Origin: Octopus sinensis
Lineage: Eukaryota
Assembly (NCBI RefSeq): GCF_006345805.1
Contig: NC_043003.1
Location: forward strand, 25,792,001 to 25,856,000
Direction: 5' to 3'
Length of the DNA stretch: 64,000 bases
Below the pieces are notes generated by a model that did not search any database, had not been told where the DNA came from, and saw only the letters and a program-made list of their open reading frames with translations. The position numbers and the translations under genes were made by a program. Positions 35,683-48,896 of the stretch are shown here, one piece after another (the first letter of the stretch is position 1; every line of letters starts with the position of its first letter).

Positions 35683-38139
35683 ACTCCCCACCACTACATC
35701 AAAACAGACTTTTTTATTGACTAAAATCTTGCATCATCTTTCACAATACAGGTACAAGGCCTGAAATATCAGTGGAGGATGGTACTAGCCAATTACATTG
35801 ACCCCAATGCTCAACTAGTACTTATTTAATAGATCCTGAAAGGATGAAAGGTAAAGTCAGCCTTAGTGGAATTTGAGCTCAGAACTTAATGAATGAAATG
35901 CCACTTAGCAAAGAGTATATACATATATATATATGGCATGTAAAAAGCACCATCCGATCGTGGCTGTTGCCAGCCTCGACTGGCCTCTGTGCCGGTGACA
36001 CGTAAAAGGCACCATCCGATCGTGGCCGTTTTCCACCTGTGCCGGTGGCACGTAAAAAGCACCCACTACACTCATGGAGTGGTTGGCATTAGGAAGGGCA
36101 TCCAGCCGTAGAAACATTGCCAGATCAGACTGGGCCTGGTGCAGCCTTCTGGCTTCCCAGACCCCAGTTGCACCGTCCAACCTATGCCAGCATGGAAAGC
36201 GGACGCTAAACGATGATGATACATATATATATTTGCCTGTTTTAGTCATTATCCTGTGGCCATGAATGAATTGACCTCAGTACTTTTTTCATGTTTGGTA
36301 CTTATTCTGTTGTGCTCTTTTACCAAACTGCTAAGTTATGACAACATAAATACACCATTATTTACATTTGATGGATATTTGTCCTCATCTTGCTAGGTGT
36401 GCTAACGATTTTACCAGTTTACAGCCTTCATCTTTTATGTAATAATGAGCTTACAATTTTTTAATATGAACAGCAATTAACTAGCAGTTGTTGCAGAACA
36501 TCAATTGCATTGATTTTACAATCACAGAATGGCTTGTGAAGACCACAGGCACAGCTTTTTTCTACAGACAAAAGCATTAAGAAAATAGAAAAATTTTAAT
36601 ATTGACAGGTTCAAGCAGGTTTCAAACATTGCATGAAGGGTGGTATTTAATCATGTTGCTGTCAAGAAAGATAACACGAGGACAACGTTTTAAAATCTTA
36701 ACTATTAAAATAACATCATTGTAATACAGATGAGCCAAGAAGGGAGTCTCTATGTAATTGTGTGACATGCTAGAAATAGCAACTAAATCTCTCTCTCAAA
36801 TTATGACTGATAAATTAAATTTGGTTAATGTAAGTCTTAGAATCAATGTTTGAAAACAAGGTGGGATGGCCATGGCAGAAATGCCATTGATTATAAAGCC
36901 TGCTTGATTAGAGCTAAACCTGGAGTGAATAACAATGATAGTAATAGCAACTTCTGAAATAGCCGAAGCTAGAAGCATCATGTCTATGCTTCATATAATT
37001 GATTTTTGTCACGATGATGATGATGATGATGATATTTATGTCAGGGTTTTAAAAAACAGCTACACTATATCCCTGTATGTTGTAAGAGACAACAAAAGTG
37101 GTTGGCATTAGCAACAGTATCTGATCGTGATATATTGCTTCAAAAAAAAAAAAAAAAGAAAAAAAGTTTAATCTAATCCATGTCAGAAAGGATAAGCAGA
37201 TGTAAAAATGATGAAAATGAGGATGATGGTGATGCTACTGCTGCCGCTCTACATATTCAGTCAAAAACTAACAATAAATACAGGAAAGTTTGTACACATT
37301 AATACATTTTAGTTGTGAGGAATTAAGAAATTTGAGGGTTTGGACTAAGATCTTCCAATGGAAATCACCATTATCACCTTTACATCCACTTTCCATGCTG
37401 GCATGGGTTAGATGGGCTGTCATGGTCCTGAGTCACTGCTCCCATAGACTGGGGCTCAATGTGTTGTTTGGCTTAGTTTCTATGACTGGATGCCCTTCCA
37501 TTTGCCAACCACTTAAGAGTGTGTCAGGTGCATTTTCTCATGGCATCACAACACAAAGGAACTTGAAAAGTCCTTGGCAAGACAAGACTATAGGAGCCTC
37601 ACAACCCTATGGTTTCTCTGCTCATTTGTGGTCAAGAAATAATTACTTGACATCACAGTAATTACACCCATTACCACCTTTCAAACCCACCTGGATTTAT
37701 TATTCCTATTGTTTTACTGGCATTCCGTCAAATATGATAAGGGTTCCAGTTGACCCAATCAACGGAACAGCCTGCTTGTGAAATTAATGTGCAAGTGAGT
37801 GAGCACCCCACAGACAGGTGTACCCTTAATGCAGCTCTCTGGGAAATTCAACATGACAAAGAGTGTGGCTAGGCTGGGTCCTTTGAAATACAGGTGCTAC
37901 TCAGTTGAATAGACTGGAGCAACATAAAATAAAGTGTATTGCTCAAGGACACAATGTATTGCTGGGAACTGAGCCCATGGCCTAATGATCATGAGCTAAA
38001 TACCCTAACCACTGAGCAACATAGACACCAATTTCCTTGTGTCTCAGGTTTTTACTTCAGCATATTCTAGGGTTTCCTTCAGTCAGGAATGATCCTAAGC
38101 TTCTGCAATTGGAAAGTTTTCCTCCAAAATGCAGACCCT

Positions 38140-38448
38140 CCATCGTCGACCAGGAGAATTCATCTATGAAGCAATTGCCCCAGCTCCCCTTCAGGGGTGG
38201 CAAAAACGATGTGGTGGACAATGAAAAACCTGGCTGATGACAGTCAAGGCTGATCTGGAACCCAGCCTAGGCTCCCATGTCTATGGCGTTCGCTGCTGGA
38301 ATAGGGAGTGGTTGGAGATCACGCGGTCATTAGCCTCAAAGCGCCAGGCTTGGTTGGCATTTGTGAGATGCAGCATTGAATATGAATGAAGCCAGCTCAA
38401 CCCACCCCGGGTGAATGCTGTCTCAAGACAAGACAAGACAAGACCCAG
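38140..38448 (+). mobile_element. 3' end of a second, different RTE-like LINE with a (CAAGA)n tail
   Basis: Reads RRPGEFIYEAIAPAPLQGWQKRCGGQ*KTWLMTVKADLEPSLGSHVYGVRCWNREWLEITRSLASKRQAWLAFVR, followed by CAAGACAAGACAAGACAAGAC. Confidence 0.75.
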
Positions 38449-38774
38449 GTAAGGTTTTATATTGTGGAAGACTAGCAATTAGCTTGCATGCAAGTTTTCG
38501 GAAGACTAAGAACAGGTTGCATATAAATAAGCAAGGTTTCTCTCTGCATGTCTAAGGGAAAATCAAAAGCCAATACAGCTCAGCACCAGCTAGAAGAGAT
38601 CCCACAAGGTATCCAGTTCGATACCGTAACAGTTCTACCGATTCATGTTTGTTTTTTGTTTTTAATAAATTAACCCCCGAAAGGATGGAAGGTAACATTG
38701 ACCTCAGTAGGATTTGAACACAGAATGCAGAAAATCAGTATAAATACCGCAAAGCACTGTGTCTGATGCTTTAA

Positions 38775-38985
38775 CCCTTTAGCATTTAAACCGGCCAAAA
38801 GTATTCTGCCTGTTTTATGTTCAAACTGGTCAGATCTGGTCTCTCACACCAGCCCTACAATATCATTTTAAAAATTATCAGCTACCTCATCAAAATCTCA
38901 TAGCTACAAGATAATGTATGATTAGTTCAAAACAATATGGATAAAAAAGCATTAATTTTGGCTGAATAATGCAAACACTAAAGTG
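38775..38985. mobile_element. TTAA-flanked piggyBac-type MITE (about 220 bp); other copies at about 35113-35297, 47154-47368, 53783-54003 and 61590-61768
   Basis: TTAA-CCCTTTAG..CTAAAG(G/T)G-TTAA termini, with a body shared between copies. Confidence 0.85.
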
Positions 38986-39584
38986 TTAAACAACATGCCA
39001 CCACTACAAGAAAAGTTTGGAATAAGTTACAGTTTTGGCTGAGTCTGACACAAAGAATCTTGACACTCAAACAAAAGCTGCTCACTAATGAGGTAAATTC
39101 AAAGCCAACTGACAACCTCAAAATAATTTACAAAATCAGAATATCTATTTACCAGGGACATGTCACCTGGGTAGGCATTGAATAAAACAGATCAATAGTA
39201 ATATTTTCCTTTTATGGCAAAATATGCACCTAATTCAATAAAATTATAAAGATTGCTCTGATTACTGTGCATAAAATACAAAATATTTTATTTTTTCATA
39301 GATTAGGTAGGCATAATTCGCCCCTACCTTTCAATCTCATTATTTAAGCTACGCATAGTAATGCTATAGTACAACATGCAGCATACATTCCTACAACAAT
39401 ATTTTCTTTCTTTATGCGATATAAAGGCAGAAGTAAAATTCAGTCGCGTGCCTGTGTTTCGCTTATTTTTTCGTGTTACGTCACTAACTGCCTACCCTAA
39501 GTAATTACTGATGCCACATACCTGCTATTTATGACTGATTTTATGTATTATGAGGGTATCTTTTAGTTGTTTCTGTCATTAAAC

Positions 39585-39915
39585 TATAGCCAGACTGGGG
39601 CATTGCTTTGAAGAACTTTTAGTCGAACGTATCGACCTCAGAGCTTATTTTTTTAAAGACTGGCACCTATTCTATTGGTCTCATTTGCTAAACTGCTAAG
39701 TTACACGAACATTGACAAATGGTGGGGAGGGTGGGGAACAAACTCAGACACAAAGCAACATACACACACAAGACAGGCAACTTTCAGTTTCCACCTACCA
39801 AATCCACTCACAAGGCATTGGTCAGCTCGAGGCTATAGTAGAAGACACTTGCTCAATGGGATTGAACCTAGAACCATGTGGTTGGGAAACAAGCTTCATA
39901 CCACACAACCACACC
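39585..39915 (-). mobile_element. SINE family A, diverged
   Basis: Reverse complement of the family A head, body and tail. Confidence 0.8.
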
Positions 39916-40519
39916 TAAATTTTTATTTTTTTTTAATGGGTTAGTCAGAGGAAGAAAAGCAGTGTCCCTGATATTAGCAGAAGCCCTGAGATAGTTGTGG
40001 AATATGGAGAGGGAGAGAGAGAGAGAGAGAAACTACAAACCATGGGCTGCTGTAGTGGGAAGCAGTAATTACAAGATATCGAGTTACCCTCAGACTAGAG
40101 ACCTCACCTATTCTCCCATAAGTATGTCAAAGGTACCAAAGGACCTCGTGGTGATGGTATCAGTGTTAAACTGGATCCAAATCCATGTTTAATGGGGGGG
40201 AAAAAAATTACAAGAGTAAAAAGAATAAAAGCAAACAACATATTTGTTTTGTTTTGTTTTTCTTTCTGTTCTTTCATGTTTTTAATATGGAAGAATTAAG
40301 ATTTGGTGGGTTGTAGGAGGCTGGGAATTGGGGTGTTGCGTGTCAGTAATGAAATAAAGAACAATGAAGGGCTTTATCAAAATTTTCATTTTCAATATAA
40401 AGCCTTATTATTCTTTTAATGTACATTAAAAAAAAAATAATACTAATGGAAATTAAAAAATAAGATAGGGATAAAAATAAAATAGAATTATTCTGTACAC
40501 TTTGGAAAAGAATTCTTTA

Positions 40520-40745
40520 TTATATACAAACACACGCACAGACACACACATATATATGCACATACACACACATATATATATACATAAACATATCTGCATA
40601 TACACACAAACATACACATAATACATATATATATCCATATATGTATTCATATACACATCTACATACATATATACACACACATATACATACATGTATATGC
40701 ACACACACACACATAAACATTCATACATGTACACACACACACACA
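40520..40745. repeat. Compound (CA)/(TA) microsatellite
   Basis: About 225 bp of mixed CA/TA dinucleotides downstream of the ANKLE2 stop. Confidence 0.9.
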
Positions 40746-41352
40746 GCTTTTTATTCTGATCTTAACCTCTGTATGTACAAAGGAAAGTTTTTAAAAAAAT
40801 TACATCAGAATTCTGTACAGTTTATAAAAGAATATAAGAATAAATAAAAACAAAAAAAAAACAACAAAAAAACTTGTTTGTTTAGCTCATATTCTTATCA
40901 CAGTGTCTTGAAAGCACAACTGGTGCTTGATTAAAAACAATAAAAACAACAACAACAACAGCAGCAAAAGAAAATTAAAAATAAAAGAGAATAAAAATAA
41001 AAAGCAACAACAATCAGCTATTACAAACAGGACATAAACATTTGTAGTTTTGAAATCATTCGGCATTTCTGTGAACTTCAGGTCTATTTAAGAGACAAAC
41101 TCTTCTTTCTGTCTTGTAAATTCTTCATCAGCTTCTTACATTCCAAAGGCAAAATAAATTGTTTTGTTTTCTTTCACTCTTTCTTTCCAAACCATTTAAT
41201 GTCACAGGCTCACACTAGTATCCATTTTACGGGTTTCAGTCTGCTGGACTGTGGTCATGCTGGAGCACTGTGTCAAAGTTAGTCTTAATCACCACCTTGC
41301 AACTATCGGGATATTTTGGTTTTTATCCGTCTCTGTTTTTTTGAGTGGTTAA

Positions 41353-41392
<40 letters not shown>

Positions 41393-41533
41393 CTATGAAA
41401 ATATTTTATAAAAATATTGTGTAAAATTAAAACAAGACCTGTGAAAGAAAATGAGACAAAAAAAAAAAAAAAGGAAACTGAGAAGAAGCCATTTAAAATT
41501 ATAATGTCATTTGTTGTTGTCGTTGTTGTTGAT

Positions 41534-41675
41534 TCAGCGACTTGGAGAGCCAAAAAGAATTCTTCTGCTGCTGGGGTTACTTAGATGACCGCGTCGATGT
41601 GAATGGGATGATGGTGACATTTGGTTTTGGTTTTGGTTTCTTGTAGTGTTGAAACATTTAACAGGACTTCGCCAA
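41534..41675 (-). CDS. ANKLE2: ANKLE2 terminal coding exon
   Basis: Acceptor TTTCTTTCAACAG|T, phase 2, giving S-WRSP (compare human SWPSP). TGA at 41534. Confidence 0.8.
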
Positions 41676-42394
41676 CTGTTGAAAGAAAGAAAAAGATACA
41701 ATTTAACAGTATAATGGAAATGACAATTATTATTATTATTACTGCCAACATGCCGCTGGCACGTTAAAAGCTCCAACCGATCGTGGCCGATGCCAGCCCC
41801 CCCCCGGCACCTGTGCAGGTGGCACGTAAAAAGCACCCACTACACTCGCGGAGTGGTTGGCGTTAGGAAGGGCATCCAGCCGTAGAAACTCTGCCAGATC
41901 AGACTGGAGCCTGGAGCAGCCCCTGGCTTCCCAGACCCCGGTCGAACCGTCCAACCTGTGCTAGCGCGGAAAACGGACGTTAAACGATGATGATGATTAC
42001 TGAGTGAGAGAGTAGCACATGCCTGGGGGTACAAATATATGAAGCCCAATATACCCATCATGACTACTCGTCTGATAAGGGTACACCAGGCACATGCATC
42101 ACAACCATATGTGTGCATTATGATGATCTCATATTAAGATAAACAGCACATGACCTCGCAGTTGGGGCCCAGTTAGAATTTTCTTCAGGTTGAGTAGCCA
42201 ATCCCACTCAAAAGGTCCCTGAATGAAGGTTGTTTAAGGATGATGAATGAAACACCCATGTTTCCAGAGGTGAATTATTCAAGCCCCAAAGAATTCCTCT
42301 CAAAACATGGCTATGATGCTCCCCTACTACTGCTTGTGGTCAGAGATGCACATATTGTCAGTCACTAAGGGACATGCCCATATTATAATTATTT

Positions 42395-43668
42395 TAAATG
42401 GTGAGCTGGCAGAACCATTAGTACATTAGGTAAAATGCTCTGAAGCATTTCGTCCATCTTTGTGATCTGAGTTCAAATTCTGCTGAGGTCGACTCTGCTC
42501 TTCATCCGTTCGGGGTCAATGAAATAAGCACTAGTTGAGCACTGGGGTTAATGTAATCCACTTACCCCTCACCCTAAATTGCTGGCCTTGTGTCAAAATT
42601 AGGAAAAGTTTATTATTATTATTATTATTATTATTCAACATTTAACGTCCGTTTTCCATGCTAGCATGGGTTGGATGATTTTGACTGAGGGCTGGCAACC
42701 AGATGGCTGTACCAGGCTCCAGTCTTGATCTGGCAGAGTTTCTATAGCTGGATGCCCTTCCTAACTCCAACCACTCCGAGAATGTAGTGGGTGCTTTTTA
42801 CGTGCCACCTGCACGGGGTATTATTATTATTATTACTATTATTAGCAAGGGAAGCAACCTGGCAAAATTGTTAGCATGTTGGCCAAAATGCCGAGCAACA
42901 TTTCTTCTGGCTTTATATTTTGAGTTCAAATTGCACTAAGGTTGACTTTACCTTTCATCTTTTTGGGACTGATAAAACAAATACCAGTCAAGTAACCCCA
43001 TCACCTCAAAATTTGGGAGGAGGGGAGGGGCAGTTAATTAGATCGACCCCAGTGCAATGGCACTTAATTTCTCGACCCTGAAAGGATGAAAGGCAAAATC
43101 AACCTTGACAGAATCTGAACTCAGGATGTAAAGATGGACAAAATGCCGCTAAGCATTTTGCCTGGAGTGCTAATGATTCTGCTAGCTCACCACCTTAATA
43201 ATAATAATAATAATAATAATAATCTTTTCTACTAAAGGCACAAGGCTTGAACTTTGGGAGCAGAGGACTAGTTGATTACATCAACCCCAGTGTTTCACCG
43301 GTACTTAATTTATCAACTCCAAAAGAATGAAAGGCAAATTTCCTTTGGAGGAATTTGAACTCAGAACATAGCAATAGGCGAAATACTGCTAAGTATTTCA
43401 CAAGGTGTGCTAACAATTCTGCTAGCATGTCACCTTAATAACGACAATAATGGTTTTCAAATTTTGGCACCAGGCCAGCATTTTCTGAGGGGGGGGGTAA
43501 ATCAATTACATTGTCCTGAATGATCACCTGGTACTTATTTTATCAACCCTGAAAGGATGAAAGGCAAAGTTAACATTGGCAGAATTTGAACTCAGAACCT
43601 AAAGATGGAGAAAGTTCCGCTAAGCACTTTGCCTGGTGTGCTAACAATTCTGCCAGCTTGTCACCTTA
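42395..43668. mobile_element. Cluster of about five degenerate SINE B copies separated by (AAT)n runs
   Basis: Repeated CCCTGAAAGGATGAAAGGCAAA..GAATTTGAACTCAG blocks at about 43075, 43320 and 43550 (minus) and at 42395 and 42855 (plus). Confidence 0.8.
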
Positions 43669-43669
43669 A

Positions 43670-44752
43670 CCCTTTCATTACCAAACTGCCCAAAGCCGCC
43701 CAAAAAAAATTTTGGTCAATGTGTCCAAACCGCCCAAATTTACCTATTCATATCTAAATGAGAATATCAGAGCAAATCTCTTTAGTACATTCGTGAAAAT
43801 ACGTTATTATGCTTCGTAAACAGTTCATCTACAGTTTTGTACAACGATCGACGTGTAATTTTAATTCCCTGAATTTTGGGAGATTTTTTTCCCCATTTTT
43901 TTCGGTATCGATTTTTCTTCAACTTTGAAAATTGATAGGAGTTTCATGTTATCAAGCATTGATTCCGAATTGGAAAATTTGTGAAACAAATACTGGGTAC
44001 TGTTGTGGATTTAGTTTTTATACAGGGAAACTAATGTTAGTCAGCATGGCTTAGGGTATGATGTGGTCTGGAAGTTATTGTTTGAAGCGATCAATGTGGA
44101 AACAAACTTATAGGGGTTCAAATTTCGGAAAATTTGTGAAGCAAATACTGGGTACTGCGTGGATTTAGTTTTTATACAGGGAAAATAATGTTAGTCAGCA
44201 TGGCCTAGGGAACGATGTGGTCTGGAATTTATCACTTCCATACCATAACCAGGGCTGTATATTATTTTTTGACCGATTTCTTTAGTACGGTCAAACTTAC
44301 GGTGGATTCCAGTATTTCACTTTATTCCACCTTTATGGTACGCCTGTTGTGTATTAAATTCAACTGATGATATAGTGATGTGCACAATTCTTCTTTATCA
44401 AAATTTTGTTGCATACCCATTTGAATATTAGTTGATGATTCATTTTCTATGGTGATGTTTAAACAAAATTTTAATATTCTTACCTTTTGCTCAATCTAAA
44501 ATTTTAATATTTTTACCTTTTGCTCAATTTACCTGGATTTACCTGTAATTAAAGTCATTTTGAGACAAAAGTTATGCAATAGAATTGATTAAGAACCCTT
44601 TCTTTAATTATGTTCCAAATATCACATTAAAATGTTGATAAGTAAAAAAGTTACAGTTATTTAATGAAACAAGCCTAGATTCATGATTATTTTAGAATTT
44701 AATTGAAACTCATGAGGAGTGTATTTTGGTCAGAAATATAGTAACGAAAGGG
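43670..44752 (+). mobile_element. Second piggyBac derivative of the same family, carrying catalytic-core fragments
   Basis: TTAA at 43666-43669 and 44753-44756, with the same ends as 9461-10545. The interior encodes WKICETNTGYCCGFSFYTGK..QHGLGYDVVWKL twice, then QGCILFFDRF. Confidence 0.9.
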
Positions 44753-44814
44753 TTAATAATAATAAGTATGATATATATTAGCTGATGATGAATGACAACG
44801 GTATTACTGATGAA

Positions 44815-45030
44815 GGTGGCGAGCTGGCAGAAATGTGTAGCCGTATTTCATCTGCCGTTACGTTCTGAGTTCAAATTCCGCTGAGGTCGACTTTGCCTTT
44901 CATCCTTTCGAGGTCGATAAATTAAGTACCAGTTACGCACCGGGATCAATATAATCGAATTAATCCGTTTGTCTGTCCTTGTTTGTCCTCTCTGTGTTTA
45001 GCCCCTTGTGGGTAGTAAAGAAATCGGTAT
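44815..45030 (+). mobile_element. SINE family B
   Basis: Matches 13928-14160 with a small 5' deletion. Confidence 0.88.
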
Positions 45031-45059
45031 TATTGATGAAGATATGAGGTGGGGCTTAC

Positions 45060-45191
45060 CTGTGTTGCTCATCAGCTGTGAAAGACTTCACTTTCTGAAA
45101 CCACTTGTATATGTAGGGATACGTTCGAGAGTCCAGCTCTACATCTTTAACACACCGGTAGACGTCCAGGTCCAACTTTGAGGGTTCAAAC
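45060..45191 (-). CDS. ANKLE2: ANKLE2 exon (G-FEPSKLDLDVYRCVKDVELDSRTYPYIYKWFQKVK)
   Basis: Acceptor TTTGTAG|G and donor AG|GTAAGC, phases 2/2. Matches human EPSKLDQDV..FPAVHRWK. Confidence 0.9.
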
Positions 45192-45829
45192 CTACAAACA
45201 GACACATTTTTGATCAACATTTTTTAAAAGCCTCAGTATGGCCATTGGGCCTGGTAGAAATATTAACCGAATTCCCTTCCAATCACATCCTACTGTCTAA
45301 TGTATAGGAAAAAATACACTGGATAATGTAGCCCTACATGTAGGTAGACTAATATCATTTAACATCTACTGAGACCTTTGGCAATAAACAGTGTTTGAGA
45401 AGACCTGTCAAGCCAAGTTAGATCGTAGTCATGGCCGATGCCTGGTGTTTCATGACTGGCACCTACTACTTTCCTGGAGTGGTTGGCGTTAGGAAGGGTA
45501 TTCAGCTGTAGAAACTATGCCAAATCAGGCTGAAACCTGGTGCAGCTCCCCAGCTTTCAGTCAAACCATCGAATCCATGCCAGCATGGAAAACGGATGTT
45601 AAATGATGATTTTCTGTGCTTGCATGGATTGGATGGAGTTTATTGACACATCTTCTACAGGCAGGTGTCCTGATGCCCTTCCTGTCACCAACTCTCATGT
45701 TTCCAAGCAAGGTTACTATTTCCCCTTCGCCAGGTAGTTTTTAACAGAATATTGGAAATGAATGACATTTATTTACATGTCAAGACAGGAAGATACAAAC
45801 ATAATCACAGCCATACACATACAGCGATA

Positions 45830-45994
45830 GGCTTCTTTCAGATTCTGCTTACCAAATCCACTCACAAGGCTTCGATCAACCTGGAGCTCTCGCAGGGTAC
45901 AATACACTAGCCCAATGTGCCGAACCACTAAGTTATGGGGACTTAAACACACCAGCACCTGTTGTCAAGCGATGTTGGGGACAAACACAGACAC

Positions 45995-46039
<45 letters not shown>

Positions 46040-46205
46040 AATATGTGTACGACGGGCTTCCTTCTTTTCCCGTCTACCAAATCCACTCACAACGCTTTGG
46101 TTGGCCTGAGGCTATAGTAGAAGACGCTTGCCCAAAGTGCCATACAGTGGGAATGAACCCAGAACCATGTGGTTGGTAAGCAATCTACTTACCACACACC
46201 CACTC
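45830..46205 (-). mobile_element. SINE family A, rearranged or partial
   Basis: Reverse-complement family A head at 46030-46200 and body at 45930-45990. Confidence 0.8.
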
Positions 46206-47740
46206 TCTTAAATAGAGATGGATAAGGAGGAAGCACCAAAAGTGATATCACTAGAGACCTCATAGCTCAACACACACACACACACTGTCCCCTCTTTCAT
46301 AACTCCTGTAATTGTAAATTTTTAAAATGATATTGCAGTGAGAGGTAGGATCTCACCAGTTTGAACATAAAACAGGTAAAATATTTGGGTTGGACATGGT
46401 CAGATTAAACGCTAAATGGTTAAATTCCCTGTTTTAAAATGATCTAAATCTAAAAACTTGCATCAAAATTTTTTTATGTTAATTTATGTGCCAAAAAAAA
46501 CAGCTAATTAATGACAAAGTTATTTTACTAAACTCTTCATTATTTTAAGAATTAATTAAAACACAGGCAGTCATCACTATCATCATTGTTTAACGTCCGT
46601 TTTCCATGCTAGCATGGGTTGGATGGTTCGACCGGGGTCTGGGAAGCCATGAGGCTTCACCAGGCTCCAGTCTGATCTGGCAGTGTTTCTACAGCTGGAT
46701 GCCGTTCCTAACGCCAACCACTCCATGAGTGTAGTGGGTGCCTTTTACATGCCAGGGGAGGCTGGCAATGCCCACGACCGGTTGGTGCTTTTTATGTGCC
46801 ACCAGCACGGAAGCCAGTCAAAGCGGCGCTGGCATCGGCCACATTCGGATGGTGCTTTTTACGTGCCACTGGCACAAGTATCACAACTACATTTTCCATT
46901 TGATTTTTATTTGATGTTGATGTACTTGACTCAATAGGTCTCAAGCACAGCAGGTCGCCCTAAAAAGGTTAACATCTAATTCTTCAAGCTTCAAAAATGT
47001 CATGTTCATCTTTTTCCTTAAATAGAGATGGATAAGGAGAGAGCACCAAAAGTGAGGTCACTAGAGACCTCATTGCTCAACACACACTGTTCCCTCTTTC
47101 ATAACATATCATCTAGTCAAATAGTGCAGTTATGTATGCTTAGTCGTTTTAACCCTTTAATATTCAGATTACTCTGCTAAATATAAAGCTTATTTATTCA
47201 TATTGTTTCAAATCAATCATGCATTATTTTGTAGCTTCAAGATTTCAATAATGTGATTGTTTATTTTTAGAATGACATTGTAGGTGTGGGAGGTTATATC
47301 CGGTCAGTCTGAATGTAAAACAGGTAGAATATTTGGGCTGGATACGGCCAGTTTAAATTCTAAAGGGTCAAACAAAATCAGTATAGGGAGATAAATGGAA
47401 AATTTGTGTGTGTGTGTGTGTATGTGAGAGAGAGATGAGAGAAAGAAATGAGGAAGAAAAAGAGAAAAGAGGAAGAGATAGATAGATAGATAAATAGATA
47501 GAGAATGTGTAGCCGTATTTCGTCTGCCGTTACATTCTGAGTTCAAATTCCGCCGAGGTCGACTTTGCCTTTCATCTTTTCGGGGTCAATAAACTAAGTA
47601 CCAGTTACGCACTTTTGTCAATGTAATTGACTTAATCCTTTTGTCTGTCCTTGTTTGTCCCCTCTGTGTTTAGCCCCTTGTGGGTTGTAAAGAAACAGAT
47701 AGAGAGAGAGGCCAAAAGATCAAGCAGCAGGATTACTTAC

Positions 47741-48610
47741 CCATTAAGGTATATATTCATGACAGATTTTGACTTTGGTGGTGAACGAGCTGCTTTGGCT
47801 GGGACATCTATGTTGAGGCCAGTTGGTGAGGAGACATTTAAAAGGACGGTATCGGGGGGCAAGGTAGCATTGTCTTTCACTGGTGTTGATGGTAATAGGG
47901 GAGAAGCACTGGGTTTAGCTAAAGACACAGTGAGAGGCTGTTTGTCGTGGACATTGCCAAACACATCGCTAAGGTTTGAAAATGTGGTGTAGATGGAATG
48001 TTGGTGATCATCTTTTGAGTCAACAGAGTCCATCCACGCAGCATTGCTAGTTGCAGAACCATCGGAATCTGCGCTACCGCCAACGATGACCAGTTTGGTG
48101 CCAAACTCTTTGGCAAGTGAGTCCATAATCTCATTAAAGTCTTTCACACCAGATAATTTTTTATGACTTTTAAAATGCTTGTTGATTGAGACGAACATTT
48201 TGTTCGACTGGCCTTCTTTAGCCTGCTCCTCCTCTTCTTTTTCCTTTTCAGTTACAACTACAACTGGCAAACAAATATTTATATCACAATTATCTTCCTG
48301 CTTTTTACTTTGCTGCTGACATGTAGAAGAATCACTAGAATTTAGCGATTGGCCAAAACCAGAAACATTTTTGTTGCTGTCAACAGTAAACATGTTCTTG
48401 AGTGATTTTATTGACTCAATAGTTTTCTGTGAAGTGATGTTTTCAGTTATATAAAGAGCTTCCAGGCTGCGGTGAACATTGAATGTTAAGAACTGGTTTT
48501 GGAGATAGGTCTCGAGCTTCTCAAGCCCGTCAGGTTTAGAAATATCAGTGTAAGAATCCAAAAAGTCCCAATATTCTCGCCAGTCGAATTTGCATTTTTG
48601 AGCAAGTTGT
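47741..48610 (-). CDS. ANKLE2: ANKLE2 large exon (QLAQKCKFDWREYWDFLDSYTDISKPDGLEKLETYL..NIYLN)
   Basis: Acceptor TTTCCACAG|A and donor GG|GTAAGT; 870 nt, phases 2/2. Matches human [27 protein letters not shown]. Confidence 0.93.
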
Positions 48611-48896
48611 CTGTGGAAAGAAAAAGAATGACACAAAAATATTTTTTTTAAAAAAGTGATTAAACACTCAAATGCATAATTATTATCAGAAAAATACAAT
48701 TCAATAAACAAGAGTGGTAGAAAAATAAAATAATGCTAATAAAGATAAACTGAACTACAAAACCTCATCTTTGCCCTCCATTCAATGCCAAATCATGCAG
48801 AAAGTTAAAAGGTACAACAAACATAGCATGTTTATTAAGTAGACTGGAGCCTGGTACAGCCTTCCAGCTTACCAGTTCCAGTCAAAGCGTCTAACC

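Noticed and set aside
39302-39500. Possible MITE with TTAGG(G)TAGGCA ends
   Set aside because: TIR of only about 11 bp, no TSD and no second copy in the window.
40453-40847. Cys/Val/Tyr-rich ORFs and the many 60-120-aa ORFs over SINEs and RTE UTRs
   Set aside because: Artefacts of dinucleotide repeats and repeat consensus sequence.
42000-42370. Probable LINE-derived 3' fragment next to an RTE tail
   Set aside because: Looks like a dispersed repeat, but there is no second copy or protein motif in the window to support a call.
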